Source of the DNA: Lingula anatina
Lineage: Eukaryota > Animalia > Brachiopoda
Length of the DNA stretch: 64,000 nt
Assembly: GCA_051362555.1 (NCBI GenBank)
Contig: CM120648.1
Location: forward strand, 18,410,587 to 18,474,586
Reading direction: 5' to 3'
The position numbers and the translations under genes are program-made. The notes beneath the pieces were generated by a model, which searched no databases, was not told the origin of the DNA, and saw only the letters and a list, made by a program, of their open reading frames with translations. Below, in pieces: positions 23,885-35,474 of the stretch (position 1 is its first letter; each line of letters opens with the position of its first letter).

Positions 23885-24058
23885 CTGGTGGTTAGCTGGT
23901 GGCAGGTTGCCGTTTATAGCCGCAGGTGGACCACTGGTGTAGGGCCTACTGCTGGTGGTTAGCTGGTGGCAGGTTGCCGTTTATAGCCGCCGGTGGACCA
24001 CTGGTGTAGGGCCTACTGCTGGTGGTTAGCTGGTGGCAGATTGCCGTTGGTAGCCCTA
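23885..24058. repeat. 67-bp tandem repeat, about 2.6 copies
   Basis: CTGGTGGTTAGCTGGTGGCAGG starts at 23885, 23952, 24019. Confidence 0.85.
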
Positions 24059-25934
24059 ATGTAGCTGGTGACCGGTCCACCGGTGACCCATTCGCGATTT
24101 TCTCATCGTAATAGTTAAGAGTAGCTTTTTTTTTTCAAATACGCGTATGCGTATTGTAATAACCTTACCTCATTTCGGCGGAAGTGTTTTTTTTTACCTT
24201 TGTTCACTCATTTGGGAGTGCGCAATTTCCTAGCATTTCATTGGCCTATAAAATTTACGTGACGTAAGCCTACTGCACGCGACGGCTGCACGTGACGTCT
24301 GCGTCGACCACTCTACTCCGCCTGACTGCTGCAACTGGGCTTCCATTTCACTATTCAGTAGGACACTTACTGTCACGGCGTAGGGTTTTTACGTCGTTTT
24401 TTCACGCGCCATTACGTTACGTCGCGTTCGTTTTGTGAAACAGTGGAAATTTGACCGAAAAATGTCAATATTATCAGCAGAAGTAAATATCTAATACTTC
24501 CAATCAGATGTTATATTAATTGGGTATTTAAGCTTCATACCCATGTAATATTTTATTTTGAAATGTTTGATTTGACCGAGTTTATGTTCGCCAAACTCAC
24601 ACGTCGCGGTGACATTTTTCCTTGGCAACATCGTAACTTTCCTTATAATTTGCAAACTAGAGAGTGTGCGGGAAATTCCAGAGCCGGTATAATGTGTTTA
24701 AAAGCCATAATTGTGTGACTAAATTTTTATTCAAATCTATCCTTGTAAACAAATGCCTCAGCTGTTTTCGTAGGAAGAAAGTGTAAATTTCAGGATTTGA
24801 CGTCATGCATCGGCCAAGACGAGCCCAACTGAATGTTTGTTTACTTTTTCACCTATTTGCACTTTGGCGAATACTTGTGTTAAATATGATCGGTAATTCT
24901 ATTTTTATGTTGATATATGTTACTGTCTGTATAAGGTTTAGTTCTAATTCCATTTTACGATGTTACGACTAATATTTGTACAAAAACAATATCTAAGGAG
25001 CTGGTCAAAATTTTCAGTGGTAAATGTGCAAGCTTAAATTGGCTAATATATGTATTTCTAAATGTTATCTGTGTTTTATGTGACATTAATAAGATAAGTG
25101 GATTGTTTTCTTCATTTAAATTGGCAGATAAGTATTTTTAATAAGCACATATTTCTTTAAAATCCTTTATTCAACATATACAACATACTGAAACATGTTG
25201 AACAATTTTATCTGGCAAGTTATAATAGTATAAAAAAATAATGAATTAACATGATGATAGTAATAAATCCACCTTCAAAACCAAGGCATCATGCTGTTAC
25301 AATCTACACCATGTGTTGCATTGTCAGTGATATAGTTTATAAATACAATTTTTGATTGTTTTATGTTAAAGAACTTCTCTGTAGGCATTTGGCAATTAAA
25401 ATATTTGAAGACATTGTATATAACCAGGGCACTAAATTTGCATTTATTATCAAGTACAACATGGACTTTCTTGTTACAGTGAATACTAGTTCTACTATAT
25501 GAAAGAAAATGAAAAGAAAAATGTCACAAAGCATATTTAAGCTTTGTGATCATGTCTCAAAATGTTTATAATTATTATTTAAAGATACAGTGTCATTTTC
25601 AACATATACCACAAAATTATAATTTTGCATGTTTTTTTTTACAAAATCATGAATTCTTAGAGAGGACATGATTAATGTATACTAAACTGCAAAATGTCTG
25701 TTTCCCTTCTTTTCTTTTTCTTTTTCATTTTCCATTCCTTTGCTGTCTTTCTCTTTGAATATTATAAGCCAACAATTAAATGGTAAACCATGGGCTATTG
25801 GTTTTCTGCAATTATCAACTTTTATTGAAAAATACAGTGACTATCAAGTCTATGTCTTATGTTGCTTTAGATCTGTCCAAATACTCAGTTAATATATCTT
25901 TCATATCTCTATCAATAGAGGTATATATTGAACT

Positions 25935-27522
25935 AGAATCCTGATCCCAACAACGCTTCAAGCAGCGGTGTTAGAGCAGTTACACTATGCTCATCAAGGA
26001 GCTGAAAAGTGCAAACTTCGTGCCAAAGGATCTGTATTCTGGGTCAACATTAATCGAGACATCGAAAACATGGTTAAAGCATGTGCACCATGCCAACACA
26101 ACCAGAAGGCAAACGTCAAACAACCGCTAATGCCACACGACGTACCACAAAAACCATGGCACACACTGGGAGCAGACTTATTTTTCATTGACAATGACAG
26201 TTACTTGCTCATATCTGACTATTACAGCAAATTTCCAGTAGTCAGAAAGCTGAACAATTTGCAGTCCAACACTACCATTGCTCACATGAAATCAATCTTT
26301 GAAGAATTCGGAATCCCGAGAAAGCTTATCACTGGAAATGACACTCAGTTTACTTCGGCTGAATTCCAGAAATTTAGGCACGATTATGGCTTCGAGCACG
26401 TCCAAACAAGCCCCCACTATTCACAGGCCAATGGATTTATTGAACGAGCTGTTCAAACTGTTAAAAATCTGCTGATTAAATGCAAGGAAGCTAAAACCGA
26501 TCCTCATATGGCCATGTTGTGCCTTAGATGCACACCATTAGATCACAACATACCATCGCCAGCAGAACTCTTAAATTCTCGTGCTTATGATACCAATCTT
26601 CCTGCCATCCAACCCCACCTGTCACATGCCTCTTATGACGGTGAAATAAATGCATACATGCAAAGAAAAAAGGATAAAGAAAAGAGCAGATATGATCAGT
26701 CAGCCAGAAATCTATCTGACCTACTTCCTGGTCAGCATGTGAGAGTACGACATCCCCAGAGTCACAAATGGGAACCAGCAATTGTAGATTCTACGAGACC
26801 AAACAGGAGCTATGTTGTAAAAACTAACAATGGTGGTCAGTATGTACGCAATCGTATACACATACGTCCAACAGGAGAGAAATTCAATCAGTCTGACTTT
26901 GAAAACACCCATTTGCAAAATCATTCACCAAGCAATGATCAGGAGCCCCGCTTTGAGAATTCAGAAGCAGCTCAGAACAAACAAGTGCCAAACACTGTGG
27001 ATAACACTGTACCCCAATCACCAGTGCCATCTCCACGACGATCTACCAGAATAACAAAAGCACCTGATAGACTGAACTTGTAACTTGTACATATGCATGA
27101 ACAATGTCATATAGCTCTACTAGCTAGGATTTTATTTATCAATGTATTTACTTTATTTTACTCACTTAAACTACATGCTCACATGTGAGACTTCTCTTGC
27201 ACAAGGTATTACTCAAGAAATCAAAAAGACATTTATTCTGTGTCAACACTATCAACCTTGATTTAGCACCGATTATCTTTTCTAAAGGAAGAAGGGGATG
27301 TTATGGTTCTTAACACTATCGGTCAAGCTTATAGTAACCCCAACCCTCTGTCATCAATTATCATTAAATAGCACTCTCACTAATGTACGTAGTATAAACA
27401 CACTTGACAGTGATCCCTCTGATCAGTAGACACACAATGTATTTATATCTGCACACTTAGAAATAAAGTTAGTTGTTGCAGTCAAGTTCTTCCTTGGAGT
27501 TGTTTCAATAAATACATAAACA
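25935..27522 (+). mobile_element. 5'-truncated Ty3/Gypsy retrotransposon: integrase, PPT, 3' LTR (27299-27522)
   Basis: PPT AAAGGAAGAAGGGGA (27284-27298), then TGTTATG...AATAAA...CATAAACA. No RT/RNase H upstream. Confidence 0.85.
25968..27083 (+). CDS. Gypsy integrase (HHCC zinc finger plus rve core), pol C-terminal fragment
   Basis: LHYAHQG...WVNINRDIENMVKACAPCQ, PWHTLGADLF, DYYSKFP, SPHYSQANGFIERAVQTVK, SPAELL, YVRNRIHIR, RRSTRITKAPDRLNL. Confidence 0.9.
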   Translation: MLEQLHYAHQGAEKCKLRAKGSVFWVNINRDIENMVKACAPCQHNQKANVKQPLMPHDVPQKPWHTLGADLFFIDNDSYLLISDYYSKFPVVRKLNNLQSNTTIAHMKSIFEEFGIPRKLITGNDTQFTSAEFQKFRHDYGFEHVQTSPHYSQANGFIERAVQTVKNLLIKCKEAKTDPHMAMLCLRCTPLDHNIPSPAELLNSRAYDTNLPAIQPHLSHASYDGEINAYMQRKKDKEKSRYDQSARNLSDLLPGQHVRVRHPQSHKWEPAIVDSTRPNRSYVVKTNNGGQYVRNRIHIRPTGEKFNQSDFENTHLQNHSPSNDQEPRFENSEAAQNKQVPNTVDNTVPQSPVPSPRRSTRITKAPDRLNL

Positions 27523-30054
27523 AAGGTTGCTTAATTGATATCATCATGATCACTTTCACATTATGTAGCACCCACTTTCCCTGTTACTTGCATGAAACTC
27601 TTCATTTTCACCTGCAATGAAAAAATACCACTACAACATAAATTATTAGAGACCATGGTTAAAGATAAACATTTACATAAATTGAGAACATGTATCAAAA
27701 CTTACTACAGAAGACCACAACCGATCCACACATAGTTAATGGTACCGGGGGTACATAAGGCACCGTTACAACAAAGTTTACTATGAATACCATAATAATG
27801 CTTTCCCGGGAACTAACATGATGATGCTCAAAAATATCCTACTGTAGATTTGCATTTTGTGGAATGTACTTTGAGATATAGCTGTATAACAATTAGAAGT
27901 GTATAACTGAAGATTAAACATGTATCCCGTATACTTATCAAATGAATCTTGGCAGGTGCTCGCGCTGGTGAACTGCTTTCGTATCATTATTCAGACTTGC
28001 CAAAAATTAAGTAAATCTGTTGACTAAACTGATGTAAATGAGTCGGGGTAGGTCACACAGTGCAGAATGAACAACACCCCCTATTAACAAAACTACATGT
28101 ATGATACATTGTATACTAGCTATAACTTACAACTTGGACATATCCGACTGTACTATATACCGTACATGATCTTGAAGTTGGGGGGAAGGCATACACTTTT
28201 TTAATATAATTAAGTATAACTTCTGAATTCTGTTGAAAATCTATACCTACCTCATTATAATCTTCATATATAGTTTACATGTGTGGGTCACAAATTTCCG
28301 CAAGGTTTGGTGCAATTCGAAACTGGCCGCACAATTCACTCCACCTTTCCACCCTCGTGATAAAATTGCGGGATTTCCAATGAAAATAGGTCAGACAAAC
28401 TCCCGCAAAACGAGAGGCAAAATTGGTTCTTTGGCATTAAATTTAAGTTGTATTTTTATTATTTCATGCAATCATTACCCTAATAAACTGAAAACCTTAT
28501 TTGTGATCACACTGGACTTAAGAAATGCATAATTTGAAGGCCCAATCCGCATGTCACATGACTTCTGTCACATGATATTTACGAATCAAACCAGTTCAAG
28601 GTCAGTAGTCTGCTGTTTAGGAGAAAAGTGTGGATCATAGCACCATATGTGAAATTTAAGGTTAGTTTGAAACTTTTTAGAGTGAATAAAGGTGTTTATT
28701 TGCTTGAAAGACGGCAAAAATGGGTATTTTATTCGATGGTTTTGCGCGGGAGTAAATTTCCGCTGATTTTGACAACTTCCCAGATTTTCGGTCGAGACTG
28801 ACAAACCAAAGAGTGTGCGGGATTTTCCTTTGAAAATTGAAAACCTTTATACTTTAGCAATCTTTTTTCGCAATTTAAGCGAATTTTATATTTGTAAACA
28901 AATTTCTCGCATTATAGTCCCTCCCTAGACATATGCGTTTTTGGTTCTGTAAAAAATTCCGTCCTCTGTATTCAGTACGCGGTGGTAAGATAACTTGACG
29001 GTTTATTGGTAAAACTATGCCCTTTTTCGACAGAAGAACAAATGCTTATTCACTTTCTAAAATATAAAAGTTCAAGCCACAGTAGATTTTTTTGCAATAT
29101 AGATTTACGCGCAGCGTACTCATTTTCAATGAGTCGCCATTCTCGAGCTATTTTGTTGCGCGGACGTAGCAAATGGACAATCAATGACGTGCCGAAGTAC
29201 ACCGCTTTTCGACAGTATGTGTCCTACTGTATTATTTCATGTAAAATAGGTAAGCCTAATAATATTTAAATACACTGATTGACAGATCTTTTCAATGTAG
29301 GCCTACATATAGGAAAAATGTTGATTTTTAAAACAGGTTTTTTAAAATAAATTCTGGAAATTAGAACATTGTTATTGAGTGGAAGAAACAAAACGCGAAA
29401 GCTCCACCTACTATAGCCCTATAAGATGTAGGTATGAAAAAAATTATTATAAGATTCGTATTTTGTATTTGAAAGTTTGGTATTTTTTGCCTATTGAAAA
29501 GATCGAGTCAATTAAAAGGTATACATTTTCAAAGTGTATATATATTTTTAAAAAATAAAAATGTGGTGTATCAGTGTGTTATGAAGGGTTTTCTGTGGCT
29601 TTTATTTACGTAAAATTCATTTTAATAAGAATTAAAATTGAAAAGACCCATAATAGATTTATGCATGATATTGATAACAATTGGAAAAAGTAAAGTTTGT
29701 ATCTTAAAATAAACCTTGGAATATAACCAGTGAACATTGGTCCTTTTTCTTTTGTGGTCCTGCCTAGCAAAATATTATTATTAAAATATCGGCAAAACGT
29801 CTGACATATGTGATGACTTGAAAACTGCGCTGCACTCCAACGAGACGGAAGAGACTATAATTACTCACTCAATTTGGTAGTTGTGACCGCCACTTTTATT
29901 TCTTATTTCAATTTAATTTTAATTTATTAAACCTTTGACCCCAACGGCACATCAGAATGAAATACAGTGACATTATAAAGTCATATCAACGAACTACCAC
30001 TACAACAAAAACTACTACTGATACAAATAATAATAACAATAATTTTAATCTTAC

Positions 30055-30268
30055 ACCCCATTTCCAGAGATTAGATCGATCTACTTTAGATCGACCTAAC
30101 TCCCTGGGGGTTCACGCTAAATAGCTGTCAGCCGGACGGACACGAAAGTTAATTACATCCTTACAGCTTGTAGTAGGCGGGACGGACATTTAAGCCGGAT
30201 TATCTGAGAGTAATCTAGTGAGACTCCCCGCGGGAATAGATCGATCTAAAGCTCTGGGAATAGAGCCT
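30055..30268. mobile_element. Palindromic MITE, family of 18925-19178
   Basis: TTCCAGAG..TAGATCGATCTA ... TAGATCGATCTAAAGCTCTGGGAA inverted arms. Confidence 0.55.
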
Positions 30269-30376
30269 TAGCTCCGATGCACATTGTAAGTATTTCCCGA
30301 AGTTCTTTAATTGTGACACATTGTTAAGCGATAATAATTCAATTAGTATGAAGACTGCGAGCTTTTTGACCTTTTA

Positions 30377-30410
<34 letters not shown>

Positions 30411-31974
30411 GCCCTATTATATGAAGCCAGGGATCTTCTCTTGAAATAGTATTTATTTCAAAACATGTACACATCACGGTCTCCTCTGTATTCACAGCAG
30501 CGAGGCGGCCCGGCTCGTTAAAATTCTCAAGAGACTCGCTTAAATTTGTAAAAATGAATAAATAAAATAAATAAATAAATAAAACCCTCGCTGAGATAAA
30601 TTACTACTAACAGTATTTTTTTATTCAGGTTAACTGAAAATTATAAAGATGGTTAAGTAACCATTCCTACGGATCATGTAGAAAGGTGATGAATAAGAAA
30701 ATATATGGAAAAATTGGTCGTTTATAACTGACCAATATGTGAAGAAATAATACAGTTTACATTCAAGTTGTTTTGTGTTCTGACCACCAATATCTGGCAT
30801 ATGCATATTCGTCATGTTAAGATTTTTCATGTTTTTAAAAAGGCATTTCGGTGTTAATTAAATTAAGACTAGCCATAAGGAAGTGCACATGTGTAATGAA
30901 CCTTTTACATATGCCTATGACGAATGTCCTAAACCTATATAATTTTGTACGCTTAATTCAAGCGTGGCCTCGAAATAGGACATTATCTTTTCGTCTAACT
31001 TGGATAACGCGATCCAAAGACTCCACAGTTCGTGTCAGATTTACGTAAGGTCGCGCAAAGAAAACCCAAGTCCACATAATGACCAGTTAAATGATTTATT
31101 CGTTGACGCTAGGTAACTACATATTCTAAGTGTAGCTTCCAACTCTTAACTCGTCAGCTCCGTACTCCGTCGCTTCCAATCTCCTTCTCCGCTGCTTCCT
31201 TCTACGTGTCTCCCTCAATCTCCCCGTTCAAATCTCATCACTTACTTTAAATACTATTTTGTTATCTTTACATGTATCCAGTGCTGCACTAGTATGAGAT
31301 GTACGTCAAACCTAATTACCTTTAATTGTGAAGTTAATTTCTTTACCTCGGCGTTATACAAAGAGGCCACCACATTACTTAATAACTATTGGACTAATAT
31401 AACACATTACGTCATATAACTTCGTGTTAAGGTCCACTAAATGCATGTGATGAAATCACTCATTTACATATTATGTTTATACAATCAGGCAGCATATTAT
31501 CATTCACCTTGCTTCAGTCTTGAATGAATATTTATCATCCTCTGTATTGGCATACCTGATAAGTAGAACTGATATAACTTTCTCTCACTTGTTATCTATT
31601 GCATTGCAATTAGTATTTAAATGAGTTGCTGCCACTGTGGCATGCAGATAGATTCCCTGTAGATAATGTGTATAAATGCTGAATGCTTGGACTTAATAAA
31701 GGACTTTTAGACTTGGAACTGAATATGTGAGTCTGTGGTTATATTCCCTCTCCCATGTATCAGTGACAGGTAAAATATTAGAAGAACCTGGGTAGGGTGG
31801 AACATGGACCCCTACATTCGTACGATCTTTATGTCGGACCCGACACATGGTGCATTTTGTGCATTTTGGTAGTCATTTTAAGGTATTTTCATTAATTCCA
31901 ATCTGATTTCTTTACCGATAAATTATTCTTATTATGGTTTTCAGATAACGTTTCATCTTCACCACCCTCCTGCA

Positions 31975-32960
31975 GATTAAAGCTATGCTGAAGAATAACA
32001 CTATTGTTCTTACAAGGTAAGAGCAAAAATTGAAATAGAACAGAAGTCCTGATGACAATATTGTCTTAATTGACGAGTTTGCATTTCCTATGGAGACTAG
32101 GGAAGATGTGGCAAGGGTTGAAAACATACTTAAAGATAAGCATAATGAAATTACTGGTAAGTTAAGAAAATAATAGTATGATAAAAATTAATGTAGTGAT
32201 TGTTGTGCTGAAGCTACATATGGAATAAATAATAAGTTGATTTTTAAAATAGTGGTTATTTTATAAATGATTAAAAAAAACATTTTAATCTGAACACTTA
32301 TCATTTGTTGTATGTATATATATAAATGTGCTTTACTAATTAAGAATATTTATATTTATTTCAAAGGTCAAACCACCTTGCCACACTGGGAGGGTTTTCC
32401 TCTTAGGAAATGGTACAGTGTAGATAAGATCATGTCTACTATTTTTAAAACTAACATATTGCATGTCAGTGTAACTGGATTGGGAAGTGCGGAAAGGTTG
32501 CACTAAAAAACCTGGCCTTTACAAAAGCAATGGAATGTTTGCATTTCGTAATGATCAAATAATGTTTGCTCAGATATATTTTTACATATTGATTGTATTA
32601 TAATGATCCTGAAGTAAAGTTACAGTTCAAAATATAAAGGTTGTTTCTTCTGAACAACTTTGTCTTTTTAAGGTTTTTACATATATTCTCTTAAGGATAA
32701 ACGCATATCAACCTATTTCTGTCCTTTGATGAGACCATTCCGTTTTGTAACTCCTTTTTGAACCATTTTTGTTTACTGTCCAATTTAGCACTGTTAAGAT
32801 AGGAGGATTAAGTTAAGTTTTTTATATTTTCACAGATGCAGGTAGATCGAGAGCTAGGGAGGCTGAATAAGACATGCATCAAATTGTGGCTCAAAAATGC
32901 GCATGATAGGGATGGCGGCAGAAAATTGAGGGAAATCAAAACAAGGAAAAAATGAGGTAA
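31975..32960 (+). pseudogene. Degenerate spliced DUF4806-like transposon accessory gene
   Basis: Fragments FAFPMETREDVARVENILKD, NHLATLGG, CNWIGKCGKVALKNL, IKLWLKNAHDRDGGRKLR with stops and frameshifts; possible CACTA-type end TCCAGTGTG near 33190. Confidence 0.5.
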
Positions 32961-33399
32961 ATAAACACATTGGACAAAAGAAGTGTCACCCCCTGCAGAG
33001 TAATGAAAGTTATAATGCCTGGGTCTACTCTTAATATGACTATTGAGTATAAAACCGCTGTACTATGGAATTGTATTCTTTTTTTTTTTTTTTTGTGAAT
33101 TTTGATGTTTATAAAATGATACCAGGAGCATATCATTCCAGAGTCATTTATCTCCCCCAAAGTATTGGTTCACTTCTATTGTCCAGTGTGTGTAATAAAA
33201 AAAAAATAAAAATAAAAATAAATAAATAAATATATAAAAATAAAAGAAAAATAAATCAAAATAAAATAAAATAAAAATCACTGTTACAGGTGATAATTGT
33301 GATGAGAAATATTAGTTTTACGCATATCTATTTTATCTGATATTAAATTATTATTTTCCAGTTACCTTTGTACGGCATTTCTTTTGCGCGTCTATAGTT

Positions 33400-33560
33400 T
33401 TGCTATAAAAAAATACCGGAAGTCGTGTTGCGCAAAGGATTATGGTCTATATGAATGAGGCGCCATTTTGTTCAACAGCCAGGAAGTAACAGGACGGAGA
33501 TTGTGGGATAATGTTGAACATATTTGACAAAGAAAGAGATATGATCTGACCGACTTGTAG
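33400..33560 (+). promoter_or_regulatory. Putative promoter and 5'-UTR exon of the NHL-Roco-HEPN gene
   Basis: TATAAAA 33404, ETS ACCGGAAGT 33415-33423, YY1-like CGCCATTTT 33461-33469, CAGGAAGT 33480; donor at 33561 and acceptor TTACAG ending 33654. Confidence 0.5.
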
Positions 33561-33668
33561 GTATATGGAGCAAGTGTTTATGTTACTGTGATCTCCAAGC
33601 TGCAGCACCAGAAGTAAACATAAAGTTTAGCAATCACTGACAGAAATATTACAGGATCTACTGTCGGA

Positions 33669-34602
33669 ATGGAAGCCATGTTAGGGCAGTCTAGACGATG
33701 TGTAAATCCAAGATCAGGACAGGTGACAGTACAGACACAACCTCCATTAGCTGAACAGGAAACAAATACAACATTAGCTACACATCCTCATGTTTTCTTA
33801 GAGAAGGCAGAATGTGTGCGTTCCTTCAGTCCTAAACTGGAAGATGATAGAGAAATAACTGGCATATTTGGGTTAGCCATAGATAAGGAACACATGTTTG
33901 TTGTGGATAATTGGAACAACAGAACAAAAGTATTCACACATGAAGGACAATTTAAGTTTGACATTAAAGTAAACGAACCATGTGATGTGGCTGTGTCACA
34001 GACTGGTCACCTGTATATAACATCATGGGGTGACAGTTGTGTCCAAGTGTACTCCACCAGAGGTCAGCAGGTGACAACCATGGGTCAGGGTCTACTGGAG
34101 GAACCACAGGGTATTACACTGAACAGACAAGGTCATGTGATGGTTTGTGACAGTAGAAAGAAGTCCATCTTCACATTCCATGCAGACAGTGGACAGCTCC
34201 TGAACACTATTCCACTCAGTATGTGTGAAACCCCAGACTACATCACAGTGAACAGTGTGAATGATAACATTGTGATATCAGACATGTTGGGACACTGTGT
34301 ACATGTGCTGTCACCTACTGGTGATCATCTGTACCAGTATGACGGCAGCAGAGAAGGCAGTGAACTGAGGTATCCACATGGAGTGTGCACAGACAGCTAT
34401 GGTCACATCTTCATTGCTGACTGTTATAACCACAGGATAGTGGCACTGAGTCCACAGGGACAGTTTATCAGATACATTGTCACTATGGATGATGGGTTGA
34501 AGTCTCCCACTGCAGTAGTCATCAACCCTGCTACTGGTCAGCTGGTGGTGGGAGAGAGGTTTGGCAATGTTAAGACATTCACGTACATTGACCTGAAACA
34601 AG
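33669..34602 (+). CDS. Exon 1: six-bladed NHL-repeat beta-propeller (TRIM2/TRIM3/TRIM71-like)
   Basis: Repeats such as LEEPQGITLNRQGHVMVCD, LRYPHGVCTDSYGHIFIADCYNHRI, LKSPTAVVINPATGQLVVGE; strong donor CAAG|GTGAGT just before the apparent stop. Confidence 0.9.
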
Positions 34603-35430
34603 GTGAGTAACATGTATTAACTGTGGATAGATATGATTATTATGTAAAATATTTGAAAGTTAATTAGTCTTACAATGTTTTTATCCATGATTATGTTTGC
34701 CTTTATTTCAATAAAAAACTTTTTAAGCATATTTAAATTCAGTAAGCACACAGCTGTGCTTTAGTAAAAATGTATGTAGAGTGGAGACATTTTCTATAGT
34801 TGATACTTTACTGTTTCTGACCAATTTCTATGAACCCATTAGTGATTAGGATTTTGAATATGGATGAAGAACTCTTTTTAATGGAATTTATAGTATGCTT
34901 TATTTGTATTTTTATTAAGTCACAAGAAAAACATTTTATATTGCTTAATCCCTGAACTTCTTGTCCATTTGTCAGTAAAGAACAACTCAAATCTCACAAC
35001 AATTCTTCATATTCTTCATCTTGTAGCTATTCATGAAAGCTTAGATATACCTAAATTCTCAAATGTACTTTGTCAAGTTTCTTGATGTCTTACCACTTCT
35101 AGATTCAAAGACATTTCATCACGAGTTTGTTGTTAACACACACAAATAAATTAAATGTTGAAGTACTTTGGATGATACCTTATTTTCCTGACTTTGTGGA
35201 TTGTTCTTTGCAAATAAAACTAGCAGACGACCATTTTTCATGAAATGGAACTACTTTTCACAGGAAGTAGTGTATTCATACACAACAGTGACCTTGGGTT
35301 TGGAATACAAAAAAATAGTAGATGCATTTATACTGTCACAGCATGCAAATTATAATGAAATATACAAAACTAAACACATTTTTATGTAACACAAAAAGTT
35401 AAATGCATTTTTATTTATTTATATTAATTA

Positions 35431-35474
<44 letters not shown>

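Larger units (their letters stand above)
24356..29229. mobile_element. Non-autonomous TIR DNA transposon, 4874 bp, containing a Gypsy fragment
   Basis: TIR CAGTAGGACACTTACTGTC (24356-24374) and GACAGTATGTGTCCTACTG (29211-29229), 18/19 match; TATT on both flanks. Confidence 0.6.

Noticed and set aside
23885-24040. Cluster of Chi octamers GCTGGTGG
   Set aside because: Chi is a bacterial RecBCD signal; the multiplicity here simply reflects tandem duplication.
25968-27083. Ginger or Polinton integrase
   Set aside because: Followed by a PPT and a TG..CA LTR, which is typical of a Gypsy pol 3' end.
31033-31768. Solo LTR (TGTCA...TGACA)
   Set aside because: No TSD, PBS or PPT, and conflicting orientation of poly(A)-like signals; may be LTR debris but is not supportable.
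33669-34610. Complete TRIM2/TRIM3 ortholog
   Set aside because: No RING, B-box or filamin domain; a consensus donor links it in phase to the Roc exon.
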